From Candidatus Heimdallarchaeota archaeon (lineage in GTDB: Archaea > Asgardarchaeota > Heimdallarchaeia > Heimdallarchaeales > Heimdallarchaeaceae): a stretch of DNA of 33,574 nucleotides. Positions within the stretch are counted from its first letter, which is position 1, and each line of letters begins with the position of its first letter. The stretch covers positions 1 to 33,574 of the forward strand of contig DAOVET010000023.1 in the NCBI GenBank assembly GCA_030668825.1, written 5' to 3'. The translations under genes and the position numbers were made by a program. Below the pieces are notes generated by a model. That model searched no databases, was not told the origin of the DNA, and worked only from the letters and a program-made list of their open reading frames with translations. Shown piece after piece: positions 26,089 to 33,574 of the stretch.

Positions 26089-27897
26089 ATGTCAAAAGTA
26101 ATAGATGCAGAAAGTGGTAAAAGGTTGAGAAGTCCTATTGCCGTTATTTTAGGACACGTAGATTCAGGAAAAACAAGTTTGTTAGATAAAGTCAGAGGGA
26201 CAGCAGTTCAAGCAAGAGAAGCTGCAGGTATAACCCAACATGTCGGGGCATCTTTCTTTCCAGCTCAAACAATAATTGATGTTTGTGGACCACTTCTCAA
26301 AAAAGCAACTATTGAACTAAATATTCCTGGAATGTTGATTGTTGATACGCCTGGCCACGCAGCATTTATGAATCTTAGGAAAAGAGGTGCTTCTGTTGCA
26401 GATATTGCTATACTTGTGGTCGACTGTCTTAGGGGTTTTCAAGCACAAACTTATGAATCTCTCGATATTTTACGCGCTCGTAAAACACCATTCATTATTG
26501 CTGCAAACAAAATTGATAGAATTTCTTCCTGGAAATCTATTCCTAGAGCTACTTTTGCTGAAACTTATTCCAAGCAAATTTCAAAAGCAAAAGAGGACAT
26601 GGATAATAGAATCTATGACATTATGGGTGAATTATCTGCGCTGAGGATGGAAGGTTTCAGATATGATCAAGTCAAGGACTTCAGAAAAGCTATCGCTATT
26701 GTTCCAACTAGTGCTAAAACTGGTGAAGGGATACCAGATTTGTTCTTAGTATTAGCTGGATTAACGCAGCAATTTATGATGCAAAAACTAGAATACAGTG
26801 AAGGACCTGGGGTAGGTACAGTTCTAGAAGTGAAAGATGAAGAGGGGTTAGGAACAACAATTGATGTCATTCTTTATGATGGTGTGATAAAAAAGACAGA
26901 TAAAGTCGTTATTGGAGGAAGAGAAAAACCCTTCTTGGTAAAGATTCGTGCTCTTCTTGAACCCAAAGAACTAGATGAAATGAGAGATCCAAAAGATAAA
27001 TTCAAAGGAGTAGACCAGATTTATGCCTCAGCTGGTGTTAAAATAGCGGCACACGGTCTTGAGGATGCTTTGGCAGGAGCTCCATTACGCGTAGCCCTTG
27101 AAGGCAAGGAAGATGAAGTATTCAAAGAAGTTGAAGCAGAATTAGAAAGCTTTAGAATTGAGACAAAAACCAATGGTGTTATTCTAAAAGTAGACACTTT
27201 GGGGAGTTTAGAAGCATTAGTAGATATGATAAAAGAGAAAAATATTCCTATTCAGAAAGCTGATATCGGTGATGTCACAAAGATTGACGTAATTGATGCA
27301 GCAATAGTCGCAAACAAAACACCTGAATTTGCTGCAATTCTCTGTTTTAATGTAGATGTACTTCCAGATGCACAAGAAGAAGTAGAGGTTAATGGTATCC
27401 AAGTATTTAATGAAAGAGTCATTTACAATCTTATTGATAATTTTGAAAGATGGATGATTGATACAAAAGATGCTATTAAATCTGAATCTCTTAAAGATTT
27501 AACAATGCCTGGTAAAATAACCATTTTACCTAACCACACTTTTCGAGCAAACAAACCTGCTATTGTTGGTGTAGAGGTTATGGGCGGTCGTATTCAAACT
27601 GCTCAAATGCTTATACGTGAAGATGGACAGAGGGTAGGAAGAATTCATCAAATACAAGATAATCAGGAAACAATTAGAGAAGCTACTAAAGGAAAACAAG
27701 TTGCTATTTCTATTAGAGGGCCTACTGTGGGGAGACAGATCAAAGAAGAAGATTCATTATATGTTGATGTTCCTGAGAAACATGCTGTTTTACTTATGAA
27801 AAAATTTAGTGAAATGATTTCCCCAGACGATATAAAAGTGCTTGAGGAATTTGCAGAGATTAAGAGGAAAAATGTGAGCAAATTCTGGGGTTGGTAA
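26089..27897 (+). CDS. infB: Translation initiation factor aIF5B (IF-2)
   Basis: LRSPI, GHVDSGKT, EAAGITQHVGA, DTPGH, NKID, DTLGSLEAL; no intein. Confidence 0.96.
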   Translation: MSKVIDAESGKRLRSPIAVILGHVDSGKTSLLDKVRGTAVQAREAAGITQHVGASFFPAQTIIDVCGPLLKKATIELNIPGMLIVDTPGHAAFMNLRKRGASVADIAILVVDCLRGFQAQTYESLDILRARKTPFIIAANKIDRISSWKSIPRATFAETYSKQISKAKEDMDNRIYDIMGELSALRMEGFRYDQVKDFRKAIAIVPTSAKTGEGIPDLFLVLAGLTQQFMMQKLEYSEGPGVGTVLEVKDEEGLGTTIDVILYDGVIKKTDKVVIGGREKPFLVKIRALLEPKELDEMRDPKDKFKGVDQIYASAGVKIAAHGLEDALAGAPLRVALEGKEDEVFKEVEAELESFRIETKTNGVILKVDTLGSLEALVDMIKEKNIPIQKADIGDVTKIDVIDAAIVANKTPEFAAILCFNVDVLPDAQEEVEVNGIQVFNERVIYNLIDNFERWMIDTKDAIKSESLKDLTMPGKITILPNHTFRANKPAIVGVEVMGGRIQTAQMLIREDGQRVGRIHQIQDNQETIREATKGKQVAISIRGPTVGRQIKEEDSLYVDVPEKHAVLLMKKFSEMISPDDIKVLEEFAEIKRKNVSKFWGW

Positions 27898-28005
27898 ATT
27901 TCCGTGTTAAATTTATTTGACTTAATAGAATTTCTCTTTTAACTGGGTGATCTATTTTTTAATAGTACTCAGTACGTTCTTGAGTAACCTTTGGAGGGGT
28001 TAGTT

Positions 28006-29361
28006 TCACTCATTAAGGTATTTTTTCCACCAGTTTTCTACGAATTTTACACTCTCTTTTTTCTTCAAACCATATCTTCTATGTGGTTTTACTAGGTGTC
28101 TTTGAGCTTGTGCTGGAGGAATTAATAATTCTCTCTGAATTTCTCTTACAATTTTAATTTTTACCTTTGGAATATTTGAATCTTTAAAGCCACATTTCTT
28201 ACATTTATGCCCCTTATTTAGTCCTGCACTAGTCATTCTCTTGTTGCATTTAGGACACAAAGGTGAGGTTTCATAATAATGATCAGAGATAAAAATGATT
28301 TCGCATTTTTCTAATTGAATTGTATGGGTTTCATGTTCTTGATTATATTTCACTCCCCCATATGCGATAATTTTGTCTCCTGGTAGAAGTTTACTTATTT
28401 TTTGTTTGAAGTTTTTACTTGGTTCAAAGGCTGCAATATCAACTAACTTCTTGTTTTCCTCAATAATCCCTTGTAAAATTACATGACCACCTAGAAGAAT
28501 CCTAGGTTTACTGGTGATTTCAATATCTCCTTTAAATACTCGATAATTTTCTATCCTTTCGTCTGCATATTTGAAATGCTGATCAGTTCCTTGGTTTGTT
28601 CTGAAGATACAATAAGCATCTAAAGGTTCCAGTGTTTTGACAATAGATAAAGCTTCTAGCATCTTTTCTGCTTCTTCTCCCCTAATACCATAAAAGACTG
28701 GATCTGGTCCTGCTGGACATATCAAAACCTTGTTTGTTTCTTCATCAATATTATTGAAGACTTCAGGTGCTAACTTCTTATCCATTTCATAAACAGATTC
28801 TTTGTCCAATCTTCTCTTTGTTCCAAATAAATCAGATGATCTGTATGTTATTATCTCATAAGTAAAATCTTCATTTCTCGGATTCAGGATATTACCTATA
28901 GCAGCAAGTCCTCCAATTAAACCTCTACCATTTCCAATAAAATAATGATCGAAACAGTGACTGGTGGCAATTTCTTTTGATTCTTCAATCGAGAGTACTT
29001 CAATTAATGCCCTCTTTGAGAATTCTTTAATGATTTCAGGTATGTTTCCTTTTACTACTACTAATCCTGGGTTTGTATTTTCATCTGGTTGATAATAATT
29101 CTCAATGGATCTTTTGATGGTAACAATTACTTGATTAACCTTTTCCTCTGCTATTTTTATTGTGAACCCTATAGCTCCATTTCCTCTAGTTTTCCATGGA
29201 ATGTTTGGATTATTCCTGATAAGTCTGGGATAATCTAAAAAAGTAACTTGACGATCAATTTCTTCAATTATAATTACTGCTAGATGAGTGGTACAGCTTC
29301 CCTGAAGAGAATCTGTGTCATCAAAACCAATATGAAGAATTGTGTCCCTTTGTAAAGTCAA
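28006..29361 (-). CDS. tiaS: tRNA(Ile2) agmatinylcytidine synthetase
   Basis: IGFDDTDS..GSCTT, NPNIPWKTRGNGA, GRGLIG, GPDPVFYGIRG, TNQGTD, OB fold and zinc ribbon. Confidence 0.95.
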   Translation of the reverse strand: MTLQRDTILHIGFDDTDSLQGSCTTHLAVIIIEEIDRQVTFLDYPRLIRNNPNIPWKTRGNGAIGFTIKIAEEKVNQVIVTIKRSIENYYQPDENTNPGLVVVKGNIPEIIKEFSKRALIEVLSIEESKEIATSHCFDHYFIGNGRGLIGGLAAIGNILNPRNEDFTYEIITYRSSDLFGTKRRLDKESVYEMDKKLAPEVFNNIDEETNKVLICPAGPDPVFYGIRGEEAEKMLEALSIVKTLEPLDAYCIFRTNQGTDQHFKYADERIENYRVFKGDIEITSKPRILLGGHVILQGIIEENKKLVDIAAFEPSKNFKQKISKLLPGDKIIAYGGVKYNQEHETHTIQLEKCEIIFISDHYYETSPLCPKCNKRMTSAGLNKGHKCKKCGFKDSNIPKVKIKIVREIQRELLIPPAQAQRHLVKPHRRYGLKKKESVKFVENWWKKYLNE

Positions 29362-29401
29362 CTTAATCCAAAATAGTGATTAAATTGGGTAATATAAAAA
29401 A

Positions 29402-30133
29402 TTAGATAGAATACCAAACTTCTCCTCTTCTATCTTTCTCACATTTAACAAATTCTGTTTCATTAGCTAAACGTTCTAATCTGTTTCCCAAGTCTCCTCT
29501 CCAAATTCTCGTTCTATTAGCAAGCTCTGTTAATGAAACTTTATTTTCTGGCTTGTTTAGTGAAATCTTGAATATATTTCGAATTATATCTCTATCATAA
29601 TAATCATAAACTGTTTTCTCAACAATTTCATTGAATCTAATATAAGACTCGTTTATCTCTTGAACAAAGATTTTTCTTTGTGAATCAAGCTTTTGGACAT
29701 CTATAATTTTCTCCTTTACACAATCTCTGATGTCAGCGAGCTCTTTCGAAATCTGTATCTTAAGTTCTTGTTGTTTCTTAGACTTTTCTTTTGATAATTT
29801 TTGAACAACTTCACTTGTAGGGAAATAGTTTACATTGAAGGTGTTTTGACCAACATCGATGATTAAAGAGAAGGATTGATTCAACTTTGCATATTTTCTT
29901 GTAGGGCCTTTATCACTAACCCTTTCCACCATTGACACAATGCCTATATTTTCAAGCTCAGCAAGATATTTTGCAATTATCCTTGGAGAAACATCTAACA
30001 ATCGAGAAAGCTGAAAAGAATAAAGATCTTCTTCCGCCAATAATCCGAGAATTTTTCTTCTAGTAGAATTTGATAAAAACTCTAAGAGCTCAAAAACATC
30101 CAACCCTTGGTTTTCTTCCGTATTCCCTAGCAT
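29402..30133 (-). CDS. ArsR-family winged-helix regulator (Phr/HSR1-like heat-shock repressor)
   Basis: LSNSTRRKILGLL...QLSRLLDVSPRIIAKYLAELENIGIV...GPTRKY, followed by a coiled coil; third gene of the hsp20-cdc48 operon. Confidence 0.82.
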   Translation of the reverse strand: MLGNTEENQGLDVFELLEFLSNSTRRKILGLLAEEDLYSFQLSRLLDVSPRIIAKYLAELENIGIVSMVERVSDKGPTRKYAKLNQSFSLIIDVGQNTFNVNYFPTSEVVQKLSKEKSKKQQELKIQISKELADIRDCVKEKIIDVQKLDSQRKIFVQEINESYIRFNEIVEKTVYDYYDRDIIRNIFKISLNKPENKVSLTELANRTRIWRGDLGNRLERLANETEFVKCEKDRRGEVWYSI

Positions 30134-30163
30134 TTTTTCACCTCAATAAATCAGGAAAAGGGA

Positions 30164-32392
30164 TTAAACAAATCCCATATCCTTTTTAATGGATTCTTTT
30201 CTGATATCTTTCCCAACAGCAATAGTTCTTTCTTCTGTGGGTTTGGCTTGTTCCAGAGCTTCAAGTAAAACTTCTTGAGTTATGTTACAATCACATTTTT
30301 CTTCATCGAAGTTTTTTCCCGCAGCTACATCTTCTCCATGTTCCATAACATAATTTCGTATTGCTATCAGCTTGCTTTCGCTTGCAATGGCAGCAATATC
30401 TGCTCCTGAAAATCCTTCAGTTTCTCTTGCTAAATTATCTAAATCAACATCTTTAGATAAAGGTGCATCTTTAAGATGAATTTCGAAAATTTGTTTTCTT
30501 CCTTCGAAATTTGGTGAAGTAACTCTCACTAAACGATCAAATCGTCCTGGTCTCATAAGAGCTGGATCTATCATATCTGGTCTGTTTGAAGCAGCAATTA
30601 CCACAACATCCCTCAACTCCTCTAATCCATCAATTTCTGTAAGTATTTGACTAATAACTCTCTCTGTGACTCCAGAATCTGTGCTTCTTCCTCTTACGGG
30701 AGTAATTGAATCTATTTCATCAAGGAAAATTATACAAGGTGCAGCTTGTCTTGCTTTTCTAAATATCTCCCTTATAGCTTTCTCGCTTTCTCCTACCCAT
30801 TTTGATAAAACTTCTGGTCCCTTAACTGAGATAAAATTAGCCTCAGATTCATGAGCAACAGCTTTAGCAATTAGTGTTTTTCCTGTCCCAGGAGACCCGT
30901 AGAGTAAGATACCTTTGGGAGCTTGGGCGTTCATAGATTTATATAATCCTTTGAATTTCAAAGGCCATTCAACAGCCCTACGCATTTCTTTCTTAACATC
31001 CTCTAAACCACCAATATCTTCCCAAGTTACATTTGGTACTTCAACAAACACTTCTCGAAGAGCTGAAGGTTCAATGGTTTTTAAAGCATTTAGAAAATCT
31101 TCATTAGTTACATTTATACTTTGCAAGACTTCTAATGGGATTTCCTCTTCTTCCATGTTAATATCTGGGAGAGCTCTACGAAGGGAATGCATAGCAGCTT
31201 CTTTGACAAGAGCTGATGTATCAGCGCCAACAAAACCATGTGTTATGTCGGCTAATCTACTCAAGTCAACATCTTTGTTTATCGGCATACCTCTAGTATG
31301 TATCAATAGAACTTCATATCTTCCATCTCTATTTGGAATTCCTATTTCTATTTCTCTATCAAATCTTCCAGGTCTTCTCAGTGCTGGATCTATTGCATTT
31401 GGTCGGTTAGTAGCTCCAATCACTATAACCCCTCTGGCTTCAAGACCATCCATTAGAGCTAATAGTTGTGCTACAACTCTTCTTTCAACTTCACCTGTTA
31501 CTTCTTCTCTTTTAGGAGCAATAGCATCTAGTTCATCAATGAAAAGAATGCTTGGTGCGTTATCATTAGCTTCTTTGAATAAATCTCTTAATCTTTGTTC
31601 AGATTCACCATAAAACTTAGACATTATCTCTGGTCCAGAAAGAACATAGAAATTAGCTTCTGTTTCATTAGCTACAGCTTTAGCTAATAATGTTTTTCCA
31701 GTTCCTGGGGGACCATGAAGTAGAACACCCTTGGGAGGTTCAATTCCAAGTCTTTTAAATAACTCAGGGTGTCGAAGCGGTAACTCAATCATTTCTCTTA
31801 TACGCGAAATTTCATCTGATAAACCTCCTATGTCTTCATAAGAGATACGTTTAACATTAGCAGCTTTTACATCATCCCATGGCTTGTCTGTAATTTGAAG
31901 ATTAGTTTCTGAAGACATAATTACTGCATCAGTAGCTGGTGTCACTGAAACAACTCCTAAGAATATCTTCTTAGACATACCCAAGCCTATTGGGATGACA
32001 TCACCTGGAGTCAATACTCTATCTTCAAGGGTTTGTTTTAACCAAGCTTCAAACCCCTGTATCTGAACTCTTTCTGTTGGAGCCAAAACTATCTTTCTTG
32101 CTTTAGAAGCAGATGCTTTATCAATAGCAACTCTGTCATCTAAACCAACGTTGGCATTCATTCTGATCATACGATCAAGTCTAATAACGTTCTTACCAAA
32201 ATCTTCAGGAATGCCTCTCCAAGCACGAGCATATGTTTTCTTAGCTCCTTCTATACCTACAATATCACCTGTTCCAATGTTCAAATCATCAGCTACGTCT
32301 TGTGATATTCTAACTATTCCTCTACCTACATCTCTCTGGAGAGCTTCCTTTACTCTCAAATGTTTTTTATTATCTTCTTCTGTTGCAGACAT
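30164..32392 (-). CDS. cdc48: CDC48/VAT family AAA+ ATPase
   Basis: N domain plus two AAA modules ([12 protein letters not shown] and [12 protein letters not shown], each with RPGRFDR). Confidence 0.96.
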   Translation of the reverse strand: MSATEEDNKKHLRVKEALQRDVGRGIVRISQDVADDLNIGTGDIVGIEGAKKTYARAWRGIPEDFGKNVIRLDRMIRMNANVGLDDRVAIDKASASKARKIVLAPTERVQIQGFEAWLKQTLEDRVLTPGDVIPIGLGMSKKIFLGVVSVTPATDAVIMSSETNLQITDKPWDDVKAANVKRISYEDIGGLSDEISRIREMIELPLRHPELFKRLGIEPPKGVLLHGPPGTGKTLLAKAVANETEANFYVLSGPEIMSKFYGESEQRLRDLFKEANDNAPSILFIDELDAIAPKREEVTGEVERRVVAQLLALMDGLEARGVIVIGATNRPNAIDPALRRPGRFDREIEIGIPNRDGRYEVLLIHTRGMPINKDVDLSRLADITHGFVGADTSALVKEAAMHSLRRALPDINMEEEEIPLEVLQSINVTNEDFLNALKTIEPSALREVFVEVPNVTWEDIGGLEDVKKEMRRAVEWPLKFKGLYKSMNAQAPKGILLYGSPGTGKTLIAKAVAHESEANFISVKGPEVLSKWVGESEKAIREIFRKARQAAPCIIFLDEIDSITPVRGRSTDSGVTERVISQILTEIDGLEELRDVVVIAASNRPDMIDPALMRPGRFDRLVRVTSPNFEGRKQIFEIHLKDAPLSKDVDLDNLARETEGFSGADIAAIASESKLIAIRNYVMEHGEDVAAGKNFDEEKCDCNITQEVLLEALEQAKPTEERTIAVGKDIRKESIKKDMGFV

Positions 32393-32421
32393 ATTATCAC
32401 CTAATAATCATAAATGTAAAA

Positions 32422-33087
32422 TTAGTTAATGGGAATATCTGTACCATTCCCATTTTCGGTTTCCAGCAGCTTAAGCTTTACTTCTAGAATGCCGTTTTTC
32501 ATAGTTGCGGAGATTTTCTTTTCCTTATTAATACTATAATGAATAGGGATTTTGGTGTCGATTTGTTTCTTGCCATTATCTGCTTCAAGTTTTAATCCTT
32601 GTTTGACAAATTTTAACTTAACATGTTCCTTAGCAAAACCTGGAAGCTCAATAATTAGATATAATTCTTTGTTGTTTTTATCGACTTGAAGATCATAAGC
32701 TGTTTCATATTCATTATCCTCTTTTTGAATAGGTGCGGCTAAAGTTTCCTCAGTACCACTGACAAGTCTAGGACGACCAAAATTCCCAATCAAACGATCT
32801 AAACCAGGGAAAATATTGGCAAATCTCTCAAAAGAACGGGTGAAAAAATCATTATCCAAATTAAAAGATCTTTCAAGACTGTGAATTTTATCGAAGAATT
32901 CTTTTCCATATTCGTCAGGAATCTCCCCTAATTCACTATATTCTTCTTTTCCTTCAGCGTCACGTTTGTAGTCATATCCATACTCTTTTTCAACTCCATT
33001 AACATTGGAGTAGAAACGAACAGTTCTGAATTCCTCATTAATACCTTCTGTGAATTCATTTTTATCTCTCTCTTTTTTGTCTTTCAT
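32422..33087 (-). CDS. Small heat-shock protein (Hsp20 / alpha-crystallin)
   Basis: IIELPGFAKEHVKL, ATMKNGILEVKL, C-terminal IPI motif. Confidence 0.9.
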   Translation of the reverse strand: MKDKKERDKNEFTEGINEEFRTVRFYSNVNGVEKEYGYDYKRDAEGKEEYSELGEIPDEYGKEFFDKIHSLERSFNLDNDFFTRSFERFANIFPGLDRLIGNFGRPRLVSGTEETLAAPIQKEDNEYETAYDLQVDKNNKELYLIIELPGFAKEHVKLKFVKQGLKLEADNGKKQIDTKIPIHYSINKEKKISATMKNGILEVKLKLLETENGNGTDIPIN

Positions 33088-33115
33088 TATAATCACTTTA
33101 AATTGAAAGTATTTT

Positions 33116-33177
33116 ACTTTCGGTATTGGACTTTCTGTTCAATACTAAAAGTCTCATACTGATATATAACCCTTTCG
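33116..33177 (-). promoter_or_regulatory. Heat-shock operon promoter (BRE/TATA) with inverted-repeat operator over the TSS
   Basis: Minus strand CGAAAGGG-TTATATA at 33177-33163; imperfect 16-bp arms at 33116-33131 and 33137-33152 with a 5-bp spacer. Confidence 0.65.
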
Positions 33178-33225
33178 CTCATACATTTTGTCTTTGAAGA
33201 TAAAACCAAAGCCTTATCACCTAAG

Positions 33226-33441
33226 ATGCTTAGTAGTTATTTTGAAGTGAATAGATTGACTGAACAAAAATCTGAACAAAAATCTAGAAGGAAAGCTGAT
33301 CGATATTATGATGAGCGAAGCGAAGAGAGAGAAGTTCAGGCTGATTCAAAAAAACCTTCTAGAAGTATTTATGGCAGAGCTGCTAAAAAAAACCCTTGGA
33401 AGTGGGTAGATTACCTTATCTTCAGAGGAAAGAACTACTAA
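33226..33441 (+). CDS. Small charged hypothetical protein
   Basis: 71-aa ORF divergent from hsp20; start uncertain; no recognised motif. Confidence 0.45.
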   Translation: MLSSYFEVNRLTEQKSEQKSRRKADRYYDERSEEREVQADSKKPSRSIYGRAAKKNPWKWVDYLIFRGKNY

Positions 33442-33574
33442 CAAATAATTCACTATACTTGAGTTTTATATTTTGAAATCTTTTGATTTATATTGCAAGA
33501 GGAATATGGATCTTTTAGTAAGTATATTTGGGGATTTGTTGACAACAAACCTATAAATAACAATGTAAAATCAT

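Noticed and set aside
27964-28002. Two short hairpins between infB and tiaS
   Set aside because: Only ~6-bp stems; adequately explained as a convergent termination region.
30915-31613. 232-aa antisense ORF and the other short overlapping ORFs in the track
   Set aside because: They are shadows of well-conserved genes on the opposite strand or frame, with no motifs.

Overview
AT-rich archaeal chromosomal segment. It is most likely from an Asgard archaeon (Heimdallarchaeia-like); this is inferred from the archaeal information-processing genes, a RING-finger fusion and many zinc-ribbon tails, not from a database hit. The left ~18 kb is an accessory mosaic: a 5'-truncated Dna2-type nuclease-helicase fused to a RING finger, an orphan oligopeptide-binding protein, a LolD-like ABC ATPase with two membrane proteins, EutA without eutBC, a gamma-glutamyltransferase, an APH(3')-like kinase, TetR, an M28 peptidase and an acyltransferase pair. 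The right ~15 kb is core: aminotransferase, geranylgeranyl reductase, rpoN-rps2-mvk-ipk, rpl7ae-rps28e-rpl24e-ndk-aIF5B, tiaS and an hsp20-cdc48-ArsR heat-shock operon. Reading the DNA directly revealed several elements absent from the ORF track: (1) an initiator tRNA-Met with two BHB introns, one at the non-canonical 14/15 site; (2) a 56-aa face-to-face-type histone with a two-state 5' leader; (3) a K-turn covering the SD sequence of rpl7ae; (4) an operator-like inverted repeat on the heat-shock promoter; (5) a candidate ~70-nt ncRNA with a related element on the other side of tetR. A tracked 61-aa ORF may be a second, degenerate histone fold. No CRISPR array, integrase or transposase was seen.
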